The notes: generated from the letters alone by a model not told the origin. Shown: positions 44,090 through 59,366, counted from the first letter of the stretch. The stretch: DNA of 64,000 nt from Chrysomallon squamiferum (GCA_012295275.1 CM022666.1:16554001-16618000), one strand, 5' to 3'. Translations and numbers: made by a program.

Positions 44090-44678
44090 GACACATACAA
44101 AGACAACCTAAAACTTGTTTTTGTCGTTGTGTTCTTTATCTATTTACTGTTGATATGTAATCGCCGTTGACGTTGATGTTGTTTTGTTGGTTCAGACAAG
44201 TTAGTTTCGCGTACAACTGCCTCGGGTACATTTATTTCCGCGTCTTGATTGACTATCAAATAATTTATGTGTTTGTTACATTTCTTGCCCAACATCCGGG
44301 CTCTTGGCTGGAATATTATATTACACTCTGAGCCGGAGGGGGATTATTAAAATTTTTGTTTTTCTCTAAAATGTGACCGGTGGGGGGTTGACACGCCGAG
44401 TTTATCTCTCTGCGCTTTAAACAGAGGACTGAACTTTTATAACAGAATTATGACGTTTTATGCAACACGTTGGGCAAAGCTATAAGCGTTAAAATTTGTG
44501 GCGCATAAAACAAAAGACTGATAATTTAATTGTTCATATAATTCTGAATCAAATGAATATTAATTAATTCAGCAGAGGAAAACATTTTTTTTTTTTTTTT
44601 TTTTGTGATTCAGTTACTTTTAAAAATGAGTTGATATAATGATTCACGTTCTGTGATGATAATAATAATAATAATAAC

Positions 44679-44745
<67 letters not shown>

Positions 44746-45121
44746 TAATGGCAATAATGATGGTGATGGTGATAGTGATAGTGATGGTGACGGTAATAAT
44801 AATAATACAAAAATAATAATAATAACAACAGTCATAACAATAATAACTATAATAATAATAATGATGATGATGGTGATGATAATTTTTTATTTGTGTAAAA
44901 TACGTCACACAGAGCAAGCAAGCACGCTCTGTTTATTTAATTTATCAGTCAACACAGACAGCTCATTAATCATGAATTTTGTTATTCATATCACACACGT
45001 ACAGTCGTACCACTATATTTGTGTGTATACACTTGTATTATATTTGTATTATGTACATTCATATACAGCTGTCTGATTATTTTAACTCAGAGAGAGACAA
45101 ATGATAGATGATAGGACGTAG

Positions 45122-45285
<164 letters not shown>

Positions 45286-46747
45286 TTTCAGACCGACTCT
45301 ATCATGATTAGTTAAAAGTAAACAAAACAGAATATATTTTATTTGACATAAGTGAATATATTACATGTTATTTACAGACAGACATAACAGACTGAATACT
45401 GGCGGCAAGAAGTAGGAAAAAAACAACAACAGGAAAATAAATCTTATTTAATCTGCAAAACCTTTGACCTTTGCTAAACTTCTCAGTTTATCAACAAACG
45501 TGTTTGGACTCGATTTTTGTATTCCATAATTTAATCCGGCTTTGTATAATATTTCTTTAACGGCCAACTGGAGTTTTTCGTATAAAGAAAATAGCGGATT
45601 ATACGTTCGCCGTTGGGCGTTTGTTTCGTGTTCGGCGTAATAACGGAATTTACTGTAATAACACAATTTTCCGTTATTCAGAAAATGACTCAGCTAACTG
45701 AGAACATTAGACGCTGGAACACAAATCTCGGTTTTAGTCTTTGTGTCGAGAACGGTACACGCAGTTCTGTTTCAGAGGAAATAATTTTTAAATTTTAAAA
45801 TAAATGTTAGACGTTGTTGTGTAATAGTGTGCGTGTTGCGACACGCGTGTGTTTTACTGTGTCTGAAAATTTAACTATTTTACTTCACGTCTCTGTTCTC
45901 ACACATTCGTAAACAGATCCGTAAAAAAGTAGAATAGTCTAATATAAGACTCATCCATTCTTTTTTTTCTCTCTCTCTCTTTTTTCTTTTGCTGTTCACC
46001 GTTTCGTTTCTTTTTAGTTATTATTGTTATTGTTGTTGTTGTTGTTGTTGTTGGTGTTGTTGGTGTGGTGGTTGTGGTGGTGGTGTGCTCGTAATTTTCT
46101 TACTGTTTTACTATTATTGTTTTGTTTGTTTGTTTTCTTCTTCTTCTTCTTCTTCTTCTTCTTTCTTCTTCTTCTACTTATTAGTAGTAGTAGCAGCAGC
46201 AGCTGCAGTAGTTGTTGTAATAGTAAAAGGTAATAACAGTAACAGTAGAATGGTAGAAGTTGTGGTTGTATCACTGCTGCTGTTGCTGCTGCTGTTGTAT
46301 CTGTAACATCTATACGGCCCCACCTTCCTGGCTCTGCGCGTGGGCACATTTTTATATAAAACTACACAAATGTTAACTAGAATTAAAATATACTAGTTAG
46401 TGAATGAAAGAATAAAGAGGCTTAGGAATAAATGAATAGAGAAGTTAACGAATGAACGAATGATATGATTTAATGAAAGAAATTAAGAAATGAGTGAATA
46501 AAGAAGTTAAGAAACAAAAGAATGTTTAATGAATGAATGAATAAAGAAGTTAACGAATGAATGAATTATATCATTTAATGAGGGAATAAATAATTAAGTT
46601 AATGACTTAAAGTATAAAGAAGTTAATACACGAATAACAGAACTGACGAGCTAATAAAAGAACGAATGCGAACTGAATGTAAATAATTGATATCTTGCCA
46701 GCGGCTCACTGACAGAAAATGCATCTTCGAAAATTACTTTTTGTCTT

Positions 46748-46843
46748 TTCCGTGCTCTCGCACCTCCTCGTGTGTTTCCGTGCTCTCGCACCTCCTCGTG
46801 TCTTTCCGTCACTCGCACCTCCTCGTGTGTTTCCGTCACTCGC
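46748..46843. repeat. 28-bp GC-rich minisatellite, about 3.5 copies
   Basis: TTCCGTGCTCTCGCACCTCCTCGTGTGT repeated. Confidence 0.9.
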
Positions 46844-48111
46844 CGCTCTAGTATTCTACAAGCACAGAAGAACTGCCGTTGTGGCTGATGTATTTTTACA
46901 TACACTGATGTGTTTAATGAGAGCGTGATCGACGTCGTGGTTTTCGTCTACACAGAAGCAGTTTGTTAATCTGCATGTTAGCGCCTCTGCCTCGTGTCTG
47001 CTTCGCGCCCAATTAACTGAGAACTTTGAGCGTGCCTCGCACGTGCAACCCGACACCACCCATCAGTACCGGCCAGCAGATTAACAACCAGCACGTTTGT
47101 TGAACATTTCCGAGTCCTACAGAAACATTTTAAAATATATATATATATATTTAACCAATTAATAATTCGCTTGAAGTAAACACATGTCAGTGTTTATGTA
47201 AAATCTTTATTTGAAAATTCGTGGTATGCAGTGGCCTGATTAGTAATAAAATATATTCATTTAAAAGAGAAAGTTATAACAGATTTTTTTAAACCAATAT
47301 TATATATATATATTTTTTAAATTTAGACATAGCAACAACCAACAAGAACAACATTAAAACAACAACAACAATAAAAAAAAGTTAGTTGTAGTAGTAATAG
47401 TAGTAAAGTAGTAGTAGTGATAGTAGTAAAATAGTAGTAGTGATAGTAGTAAAATAGTAGTAGTAGTAGTAATATTAGTAATAGTGGTAGCAGTAGTAGC
47501 AGTAGTAGCAGTAGTAGTAGTAGTAATATTAGTAATAGTGGTAGTAGTAGTAGTAGTAGTAGTAGTAGTCGTAGTGGTAGTAATAGTAGTAATAGTAGAA
47601 TTAGCAGTAGCAGTAATATTAGGAGTAGTGGTAGTAGCAGCAGCGGTTGTAGTAGTAGTGCTAGTAATAGTAGTTGTAAAAACGTAGATGACGTTGTTGG
47701 CTAAAATTAAAAGGTACCTGGTGTAAAATCACAGGTAACTATAAATAAAATACTGTGGTGGATTTGTCGTGAGTAAAATATACGAGATATCTGCTGTGTA
47801 CGATACATGATATATGTAAGAGACAGCTCTGTAGTTAGATATTATTACATGTACGTGTGTTCAGCTTAGTGTTAATGTGGTGTCTCTTTACACGTCAAAC
47901 GTACTAACAACTCGTACACTGACTACAGTCGTTATTTAACTGCTAATGTGCAAACTCGCGAGCCCACAAGAACTGACAGATCAGAAACAGAAACCATCTC
48001 CAAATCCTGTTTCAAATCTCTGCTTTGTCATCCGAGTCCTGACGAGTTATAATTTGTTACTGTCCTGGACTTACGTTGTTGTTGCTGCTGTTCTGTTGTT
48101 GTTATTGTTAA

Positions 48112-48158
<47 letters not shown>

Positions 48159-49156
48159 ATGTTATCTGTTGTTGCTGTTGTTATTATTATTATTACTTCT
48201 GCTACTACTGCTACCGCTACTGCTGCTACTACTACTGCTACTACTATTATTATTGCTGTCGTTGTTATTGTTTACTATGTTAATCTATAATTTATTGGCA
48301 TATGGAATCTGAACATTTAAAGAAACTGTATAACTTTTACGTTCTGTATAAAAGAAGTAAAGCAAAACTGATTTAAAACCGTCGAAACACGAACAAACAT
48401 TGCTGATACAATACTCCGTTAGTTAAACTGCTGATACAAGGCTAAAATACGTTTCTGATTATGTCACCTGTAGTTAAACTTCTGACGTCATACATACACT
48501 GTTAAACTGATGAATACTATTACATTTATTTAGTTAAATTGCTGAGTTACGTTGTTGATATGGTTACGTGCATATAACTATTTTGTCTGCTGAACGTCAG
48601 ATTACTGAGGTTGTTGTTGCATCACGTGACTAGTCTCTATTAATTCGTGTCGTCTGCTACGATCTCCTGCTATTTTAAACAAATTAAACGTGGACATCAC
48701 GGCGTTCTCTCTGATAACTTGCTATCATCCAAACTCCGACTCGACACGCTCAGTCCGCATCAAGTAAAATGTTCTTAACTCGCCAACAGCACTGGGATCG
48801 AAACCAATCCAGAGTAAGGTTGAAAACAACGACTAAATCTCAGTGACACATTAGTCTCGCTACGGTTAAGAAGTCAGATTATTAACAGGAGCGACTGTCA
48901 TTGTGGAATCATATCCAAAGATATTTAGACATATAACTGTAGGGTAGTGATATCGTTGTGTAACTGAGAACACACGGACATACAGACAGGGCCCTTGTTC
49001 TTTCTAACAAACTAAACAAAACGTTGTTTTGAGTAACAAAGGGATTCCTGAGTTGTTTGTATGACAAACGTGCTTGAACTTGCAGTGTACGTAAATTAAA
49101 CTGGTAGACTGACTGACTCTTAAATACATTTTTATTATAATTATATTCATTATACT

Positions 49157-49202
<46 letters not shown>

Positions 49203-49765
49203 GAACGTAATATGATATATATACTATAATACAAATTAATAAATTAAAGGCCGGTTTTATGGTATTTAACTGTATTAAATATGCAACAACACGTGACAGG
49301 TATTTAAGAAGTGATACGAGGTGTATTCAACATTATCTGGGTCACATTCTCAGGAACTGACACAAACGATGACACAGGAACGGAAATCACTGTTATTACA
49401 CTTAGAACAAAGCGTCGGTTCACTTAAACTTATTATTATACGTGAGTGGGTTTCTGTAATACCACACGAGCAGCGTCTGTAACCTTGTATTTGTGTGTCA
49501 AGTTTAGGTCAGGGTGTGTGTGTGCGTGGTTTTTGTTTGTTTGTTTGCCTGTTAGTCTGTGTGTGTTTGTGTGGATTAGTGTATTGCTTTTCGTAGAGGT
49601 TGAAAATATCGATTTTCTTAATGAGATCTAATAGGAGAAGGAAAGAAATCGAAGGAGTGAGTGAATAAGAGTGACAGAAAGAGAGATAAAGAGAAAATGA
49701 GAGAGAGAATGGCAGAGCCAGCAAAAAGGAGAGAGAAAGAGAGAGTGTGTGAGAGAGATAGAGAG

Positions 49766-49797
<32 letters not shown>

Positions 49798-51288
49798 TCA
49801 GTGAGAGTGTCTGTCTGTGTCTGTTTGTGTGTCTGTGTCTGTGTGTGTGAGAGAGATAGAGAGAGAGTGAGAGTGTCTGTGTGTGTGTGTGTCTGTTTGT
49901 GTGTCTGTGTCTGTGTGTGTGAGAGAGACTAACAGCTGTGTTGTATCATACTGCACGTGTTTACATTAATGTTACACAAAACGGAGTAAAAGCTAAACGT
50001 TTATTTCTCACATAAATCACTGTCAGCGACAACGTTTGATGTACACTGTGTATTTTATCAGCCCCTTCTACTTCTCCGTGTAACAGGATGTTACAAGTCA
50101 GGCCGTCAAGTAGGTCACGTGATACACATAAAAGTGAAAGTGTTATTTTTAAACACCGCTAGATGTTTACACATTCTACAATTTATATATGATACTGAGT
50201 GGAATTTTGTTAGTGACTAAAATATCACGAATTACGTATACAATTTGGCCTGCTTCTGTTACGTGATGTAGCAGATGTAGAGTCACAGAACCTTACAGTT
50301 GTTCCTGCTAAGACGACGCTTTGCCTGTTACAACACATTCAGTGTTTCTGTTAACGTATAAAATAACACGGGCTGGACATAATATATATATATTATTATT
50401 ATTATTATTATTTATTATTATTATTATTATTAAGAACGTGACGTGTTACATAAAATGCGCCAGGTTTTTTTTTTTATTTTTTTTTTTTTATTGATATATT
50501 TTACTTGTAACGGATTTACATAAAACGTTACAACTATCTCGGTTTCAATCTACAAATGGCGCCTGCTGCTCATATTGTTAAATATATTACTTTCATCGAC
50601 CAGTTTGATTAAACTAACCCGTTCACTTTGATCTGAGGCTTTCTGCAGCTGTCAGGTGTAGAGAGATATATTTTACTTTGTTTAATACAGAAAACCAGCT
50701 CCGTGTTACACAGTACACAGATAGCTCCGTATCACCCCAGCCTAGCATGTAAACACTAAGTTAAATTACTGTCAGGGTAAATACATAAATTTATAAAATG
50801 ATTCTGATAAATATATAAATTATAAAATATAAATACATAAATTATAAAATAATTTTTATAAATATGTAAATTATAAAATAATTTTTATAAATATAGAAAT
50901 TATAAAATAATTTTATATAAATATGTAAATTATAACACAGTTCTTATAAATATATAAATTATAAACTGTTGGTATTGAATTTGATATTCAATATTTCTGT
51001 TTGTTATTATTCTGGTTCATTCCCTGTTTATAAATAGCTGCAGTAACAGACCCGCCAGCTCACCTATCTGTATTAATGCGTTTGTAGACAGTTAAAGCTG
51101 TGACCACGATCATGTTTATGAATATCCACACAGTCGTATTAAAGTAAACAACGACAGTGCATGGGTATGAGTTATTTTTGTTATGTTTATGTAACACACT
51201 TAAATTATTAAACTCTTTGTCTCAGTACGAAGATGATACATCTGCTTTTAGTAGTAAATTGTTGTTATTATTCCGAGTACCGTCGTGA

Positions 51289-52665
51289 AAGTAAAAATAG
51301 CTTGAAAGTTGTGTGAGTTTTGTTTATGTCATTGTTACTCGGAAATGTTATAACAAACATCAAACTCGTGTGTTTTTCTTTGAAACTGTTTGACAAAAAA
51401 ATAGAATAACAGTTTTATGTTCTGTGATTAAAACACGTCAGTTTGAAAAATGTCAACTTGTCAAGTTTTAACGCTGTTTAAATACACAAAGCAGTTTTTA
51501 TTTTATTTTATTAAATGATTTATTAGCAGCCACGTGTTTGAGCAGACGACGTTAAGTATAACAAAACCAAATAAAACTCGTTTTTCGCATTCTCGAAATT
51601 GATTTCACCGAACACCTGATTCTGAACGTCAGGACCGGACCTGCACGTGATTCCAGAGCGGAGTCTAATTACATTCACGTGAAACGTGGCAACAAAGTCT
51701 TTAACATAATTAATTTGAGATTATTGTAACGCAAGGCCAAGGAAGAAATACTAGCGTTTACTCCCATCACCTCGTATGAGACGACATTTTTATTAATATG
51801 ATTACAAATGATTTATGGACAGATAATTAATTGTTCTTTCTAATTCATGTAACTTTCAGTGCTCTATCTTAAACAAAAAACAACGACATATGTTTAGTTT
51901 AAGAAAAAAAAAAAATAAATAAATAACTGTCCTCTCTTTTCCTTTTGCTGGCAGACCAGATTTAATCTGTCTTAGTATTTCTAAGTCAGGCACACTTGTA
52001 CACATCTCTGATATAATTATGTTACGTAGAGCCTGGTTAGTACTATTTTCATTATTTGGATCTGCTGTACTGTGACACTTTCATTCAGCCATAACAAAAA
52101 TTTGACGACGTAAACTGGAATCATGAACGACTATAAATTTTATCAAAAATGACGGAAATATTAACTATATTAATAATTAAAACCAGAATTGTTTTTCATG
52201 TTTAGACAATATTATTACGGAAATAAAGTATTTAAAAAAAAAAAAAAAAAAAAGGATAATAAAAATGTTATGTGTATAATGTCGTCTTGTGAAACTACTG
52301 AATAATAATAAATGATTTCAATAAATAAATAAAATAAAACTCTTTTTGTACGTGTCGACAGTTACGTTATTGAAAATGCGAAAAACGAGTTTTATTTGTT
52401 TTTGTTATACTTAACGACGTCTGCTCCAACACGTGGCTGCTAATAAATCATTTAATAAAATAAAATAAAAACTGCTTTGTGTGTTGAAACAGCGTTAAAA
52501 CTTGACAAGTTGACATTCTTCAAACTGACGTGTTTTAATCACAGAACATAAAACTGTTATTTTGTTTTTCAAACAGTTTCAAACGAATACACGCGAGTTT
52601 GATGTTCGCTGGTCTAAACAACGTTCCTGTGTAACGTAAACAAAACTTTCAACTTATTTTTACTT
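51289..52665. repeat. Long inverted repeat: arms ~51289-51594 and ~52372-52665, spacer ~780 bp (foldback/MITE-like or inverted duplication)
   Basis: For example, left TGTCAACTTGTCAAGTTTTAACGCTGTT vs right AACAGCGTTAAAACTTGACAAGTTGACA; left AAATGATTTATTAGCAGCCACGTGTT vs right AACACGTGGCTGCTAATAAATCATTT. No clear target-site duplication. Confidence 0.93.
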
Positions 52666-52805
52666 CGACTTCGACAGAACTGAGTCATCTCCGTCCCTCC
52701 GCCATGACAGAAACACAAACAGTAAAACACTATTTTATCTTTCTACTACTACTAGCATTACAAATATTTCTACTACTGCCAGTCCTTATACTACTGATTC
52801 AGCTG

Positions 52806-52856
<51 letters not shown>

Positions 52857-53694
52857 ATAATAATAATAATGTGATGATAATGGTGTTAAAGAAGTATTAA
52901 AATGTCAGTGGTAGAGTTGATCGTCGATTTTTTCTGAAGTTCTAACAACTCACAGTATCAGTCAGAATCTGCGTTTAATATTTCGTGAGTGAAGTCATTT
53001 TGTAATTCCACCCGTGTGTTTGACTTAGGCATGTCATTACATAGTTCCAGTCTGCGTGCTGTAATGGGTTTCTCTTGGCAACTGAAATGTATCACAGTTG
53101 ACGTGACTTGCTGGCAGCAGAAAGCGACCCTCAAATCCTGAAATCCAGGTCACGTGTTCCAGCGAGACGCAGTTTTCACTTCAAGACTCACTGAAACTCT
53201 GATTTCAGCGGAAAACGTAGCACTGTATTAACAATCACATTCAAATATATTTTTATTTTCCTCTGATGCTTTTATAAGGCACATGCTTTCTTTTATTGTA
53301 GTCAGGCTCGGCGAAGTGTTGCCATGGTAACACAGATTATCTTATAAAATAGCTGTCCATATTCCGCAAAGCTTTGAAATTATTTTTTCTTTTTTTTCAG
53401 TCGTAATGAAATTCTATTTTCAAATGCGACCTTATCAAAACTAATCCTAATTAGATTCATTTTCAGAAAAAAATATTAAAAAGATGAATAAAAAAAATGG
53501 TTCCCAATTGTAGCTCCGACAACCTGAAATAAATTAATTTTTATTTCCTACTTAAAAAGAAATCGAAGATGTGGTATCAAAGATTGTCGTCTTGGTTCTA
53601 TTTTTTTTTAAAAAGACACATTTTATAGCAGTACTATTTAAAAAAAAAAAGGTGATTTGTAAAATAAACATTCTAGTATTATTATTATTCTAAT

Positions 53695-53815
53695 AAAACA
53701 ATGCTTGTAAAAAAAATATTTCTAGAAATATTACTACATGAAAACAATGCTTGTAAAAAAAATATTTCTAGAAATATTACTACATGAAAACAGTGTTTGT
53801 AAAAAAAATATTCTA
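53695..53815. repeat. About 46-bp tandem repeat, about 2.5 copies
   Basis: AAAACAATGCTTGTAAAAAAAATATTTCTAGAAATATTACTACATG repeated. Confidence 0.85.
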
Positions 53816-55123
53816 CAAGTGTTAAAACGTGTTAGGATGTTAATCATCGTAGTTTGTATTGCGCAGCTGTTTTCCAGCGCAAAGGTAGATTTAAAAGGTA
53901 ATTTGTACCTGGTTTTGATTGGCTGAAGGAAATAAATAGGATACGCCTTCTTTTTAAATCTGTCCTGTCAGTTTCAGAAACAGCCTCTTTAAGGATTTGA
54001 GCTATCGTTATCATCTCTTATTGTATACCTATACCGTTTTTCTTGTTGTCATGTTTGAAGGTTTAAGAATTTCAGTGATCGTCTGAAAATTGTCTTACTT
54101 TACTGTCACCGAGCATGAAGCGAAAGTTTTAATTATTTAAAGCATTTTACTGATCGCTTGTACATACAGTAATATCTACGTACAAATTTTTAAGATATTT
54201 TTCAGTATTTTCACTAAATATATGTGAATAGTTTTCAGTAATTTTCAGAATCCTGGGAGACATTATTATGATTGTCGTTGAAGACTTTACCTAGAACTAT
54301 GTTTTCAATTTGTGATTAATTATCTGCAGTTTTAATTAGGTTTTAATCACCTGCAAGTTTTCAGTTTGTCTTACACGTGACTGTGTGTCTGTGTACAACG
54401 TACGTCGTTAGTGCGTGTGTGCATTGCTTATGTACGTCACTGCACTTCGTAATTTTATTTTCACAAAGGAGTTTACTCTTTTGAATGTAATAATTTTATT
54501 TTCTTCTTATTATTATTACCTTTGTTTATTAAGACAAATGTAATATATTATTCTACCTAATTTGATTGTATAAAGATTAAATCAGTTGATGTCAAGAGGA
54601 GTAAGTTTTTTTTAATAATTGTTAAGTGATATTGATAGACAGACAGACTGACAGATACATTCTTTTTACACGTCTAACATATTACACTGATTAGAAACAG
54701 AATTCAGTATTAACAGAAGTAATCATTCAAAGTGCGGAAACCACTCCAAGGACAGACTGTAAACTAATCAGCAGATTTAAAATTTCTTACTAGTTTTATG
54801 TTTTACATTTGGAGCTACGGAACCCAGTTAAACGTCAGTTTGGAATATTGACTTTATTATTTACTTTAATGGACCAGCTGGTCTGACATTCACATTGTTT
54901 CTTAAAAAGTGTAAGTCTACGTTTCGTAGCCAGTGTCTAATGTTTAAAATGAATGTATTAACTACTGTTTTAATACCTAATGTTGACATGATGATACAGT
55001 TCAAGTAAGAAGTTAGTTAGAAGTTCGCTGATCTTCAGTCTGTGTACTGAACTGGGACACGGTTTTGTGTTTAAAATATTTTATCTTAAGATCAGCATCG
55101 CTATTTTTTCTTCTGTCTTCTGG

Positions 55124-55340
55124 CGTATTATATATTTAGTTCTCGTATACGACGTGACGTATTGAATGTTTAGTTCTCGTATACGACATGACGTATTGAA
55201 TGTTTAGTTCTCGTATACGACGTGACGTATTGAATGTTTAGTTCTCGTATATGACGTGACGTATTATATGTTTAGTTCTCGTAAACGACGTGACGTATTC
55301 TATGTTTAGTTCTCGTATACGACGTGACGTATTATACATT
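55124..55340. repeat. 34-bp CpG-rich minisatellite, about 6 copies
   Basis: Unit CGTATTGAATGTTTAGTTCTCGTATACGACGTGA; period 55140->55174. Confidence 0.95.
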
Positions 55341-56099
55341 TAATTCTTGTACGCCTCGGTGGTTACAGCCGACCAAATGGTGCCACGTTTATCAATAACT
55401 CCGTTCGATTCCTTTATTCGCGGCGTGTTCGGCAGCACTCGGAGTTTGGGTAATCCTTATCGACAAACGCTTTAGTTGGTGGTCGGAGCAATCTGCCGCA
55501 CATTCGAGTAATCGGGACTGTTGAAGAGATCCACAGTGAGAGTCACAGAATCGATGACAAGTCGGATGTTCAGACAGTCACACAACAAAGTACTGGTACA
55601 CACTGGAATGAGATTGTTTGAAGATATCACTGCGTAAAGAAAATAAAGATTCGCTTAGTGATACGACGGTAGAGTTTGTACAACGACATGCGTAGTGTTA
55701 GAATGTCGTTACTCGTTACACTGTAGTCGTAACAATATATATATATATATATATATATATTACCTACCATGAAACATGAAGTACTTGTGATAATATGTAT
55801 ATCACTACCTACCATTAAAAATGTAATACTTGTAACAATACTATATATATTTTTACCTATCATAAAACATGAAGTACTTAATAATATGTATATACGATTA
55901 CCTACCAGAAAACAGAAAGTTGTCGTAACAGTAATATATGTATATATGGTTACTTTCTATACATGTTTATAACAACCCACTTCCATCCAGAAATATTAGT
56001 ATTCACATGCATATAAAGAAACACGAGTACGCATACATACACACACAATACATCATAGTGTGAGAGATAGATATATAGATATATATATATATGAGAGAG

Positions 56100-56151
<52 letters not shown>

Positions 56152-57481
56152 AAATACAAATTCATTGATAAGTATTACGTGAATTTTTAGAAATGAATTA
56201 AACTGTAATATAATATTTATTTAAGAATTTGATAATAGTCTGACAATATTGAGTCAAGACTCTGGGGTTTGACAATGAAAATCACGTATGTACCTTTCTC
56301 CGTCCAAAACAAAGTCTAATACTTGAGCGTGACGTAAGAAGATAGCTGATATCGAGCTTTTAATGCATATTACTTGTTTTCTAATAAATAAATAACGACG
56401 CCAGCAAACACGTTGTAAATAAATTATACGACCTTCTACAATTACGTCATTTTCTCTCGCACCGAGCTATCTAAGGACACACACACACAGATAAAGTTTC
56501 CTCAACGAGCAACTTGGCGGGAATGTGTGCGTTTGGAACAAAAGATTTAAAAAATATATATATACATGGTATGCGGAGATGAAACTGGAAGAAACACAGC
56601 TATAAATCTCAGACACGTAAAGAGATCAGTTTCTGGTTTTTTCTATGGTCACAAAGATTATGTCAATGGTTTGGGTTTTACTGATTGTGCACGTGAATCG
56701 GATATCACCTGTACAGGATTAGTGGAGTTTGGTAATTACCGATGTGTTTTTTGTGTGACTTCAGCTAATGGCAGAGAACGTCCCGGGGTCAGTCCCCCCC
56801 CCACCCACAGCTCACTGCCAGGCACAGAACAGTTCAATTACCTCTGAAACTTAACACTGATAGTTTTTACAGAATAATAGAAATCGCGTGATCCTTTTTT
56901 TTCAAAATGTTTTTAAGAAGACCGAAAATTACCACTTCTCTGTGACCTCGCTGGGTAATCTGTCTGATGACTGTACCCACTGGGTATCCTGTCGTCTGCA
57001 TAATCTTACATCTTCCTAAGTCTTAGTAACACGTATATTTTTAGTGACAGCTTTTGTAAATTAATCACTGGTTTCATTTTTTTTTACATTTCTCTTCTTC
57101 ACTCTTCTCAGCTGATACCGAATTAGCATCGCAGTTTTCTCCCGCTAATAACAGGTTTATCTATTTACTATTTGTTCACTGACGGGGCGGATTAACCTTT
57201 AATCCTAATCAGTCCACGTTTTAGACACAACATTATTTAAACTTCTTCATGTTTAGATGAATAATTTTGAATTCTGGAGGATGGTTTATTTTTATTTTTA
57301 AAAACTTGAATCTGATATCTCTACACTGTCACCATCGACAGTGTTTTCATTCACTCTGAAATAAAATAAACGTAAAGTTGTCATGATGTCATTCTGTGTG
57401 TAATTAATTGTAACTGGTATTACATATGTAATTAGATCAGTCCTTTCCGTCATTCCTAGCTCCTCAAACTGAAATATGTAT

Positions 57482-57898
<417 letters not shown>

Positions 57899-57927
57899 CA
57901 TCGTCTTTATTATTACAAGGAGAAGAA

Positions 57928-58016
57928 AAACAACAGTTTTGGTTAACAGTTACATATGTAAGGAAACAACAACAGTTTTGGTTAACAGTTACATATGTAA
58001 GGAAACAACAACAGTA
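57928..58016. repeat. 39-bp tandem duplication
   Basis: AACAACAGTTTTGGTTAACAGTTACATATGTAAGGAAAC present twice. Confidence 0.88.
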
Positions 58017-58687
58017 TTTAGTTCGATGTTTGTACATACCGCAGTCTGTACTGACGTTTAACAACAGTGTTTTTCATATTTTCTACAAGCAGTCACGTCT
58101 GTACACACACGAGTTACGTGCTTAGATCGACAGTCTGATAATTAGCGAGATTTTGAAGAATGCCAGACTCGTGTGTTGATGTGATCTCAACAACTGATAC
58201 ATTGCTTCATTTCACGAGATGGAGCGCTGTGGGTCTATAGATCAAACCTTTGACAGGGTCGATTAGAGGTTGAGGCTGTTACTAACGTGTTTATTAAATG
58301 ACGTAGAATGATTTATTTTCATTGCTTAAAGAGATCCACACAAAAGTATAATAACAATTCAGTATATATGATGCATGTTATTAAAGTGTACGTTTCTGTG
58401 GTATGAAGAAACACTCTAATGTATATTCTACATGCTTCTATGTTATTCTTCTCGTCTTTCACCAGTGATGATTGTAAAACATGTGCACACAATACAAAAT
58501 TAGCTGAATTAATATTGATCGTGTGTGTGTGTATGTGTGTCTGTCTGTATGTATGTATGTGTGTATGTGTATGTGTGTTTATGTGAATGTGGGTATGTAA
58601 GTAGGTACGTACTAAGGTATTTATATACATGCTTTTGTAATGAAACTAATTTACACTATATTAACTATTTTTTACTCTGTTTTGCAG

Positions 58688-58724
58688 TTTATTGAAAGAA
58701 GATACAGAGAGGAAATGGCTAAAG
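58688..58724 (+). CDS. Second coding exon (37 nt, FIERRYREEMAK+G) of the same putative TNF-family gene
   Basis: Acceptor ttttactctgttttgcag|, donor AAG|gtaaga. Phase 0 entry matches the 41008 donor and gives a continuous helical stretch QLLDLLQLFIERRYREEMAK; exits in phase 1. Confidence 0.8.
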
Positions 58725-58942
58725 GTAAGAACAGTTACACTTGTTTTCAGAAGATGATAAAATGTAGCGTATTATTTTACAATATGTAATTTTATTTTGT
58801 AAGAAATAATGAGCAATATATTATTTCATCGACACCAGGAATATACATGCGTTATTCTGAACAACATTTGCTCTGCTTTTTGCTGGGATTTGCTCAGCAG
58901 GAGTCTCATTATCCTACATACCTACTATTAACTATAAGTGTC

Positions 58943-59366
58943 AACTATTACTAGACATATCTCTTATCGACTGTATACAATTAAAGATAACTATTACTAG
59001 ACATATCTCTCATCGACTGTATACAATTAAAGATAACTATTACTAGATATGTCTCTCACCGACTGTATACAATTAATGATAACTATTACTATACATATCT
59101 CTCATCAACTGTATACAATTAATGATAACTATTACTAGATATCTTTTTCACCTACTGAATACAATTAAAGATAACTATTACTAGATATATCTTTCATCGA
59201 CTGTATACAATTAAAGATAACTATTACTAGATATATCTTTCATCGACTGTATACAATTAATGACAACTATTACTAGATATATCTCTCATCGACTGTATAC
59301 AATTAATGACAACTATTACTAGATATGTCTCTCGCCGACTGTATACAATTAATGACAGCTATTACT
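58943..59366. repeat. 46-bp minisatellite, about 9 copies
   Basis: Unit CTATTACTAGATATATCTCTCATCGACTGTATACAATTAAAGATAA; period 58945->58991->59037. Confidence 0.96.

Noticed and set aside
54410-54446. Short hairpin containing GTGCATTG (miR-33-like seed)
   Set aside because: The stem is too short for a pre-miRNA and the rest does not match mature miR-33. I recognised no conserved miRNA elsewhere by eye.
56566-56847. 93-aa Cys-containing ORF in the TNF-like intron
   Set aside because: No recognisable family and no good acceptor/donor pair in phase with the flanking exons.
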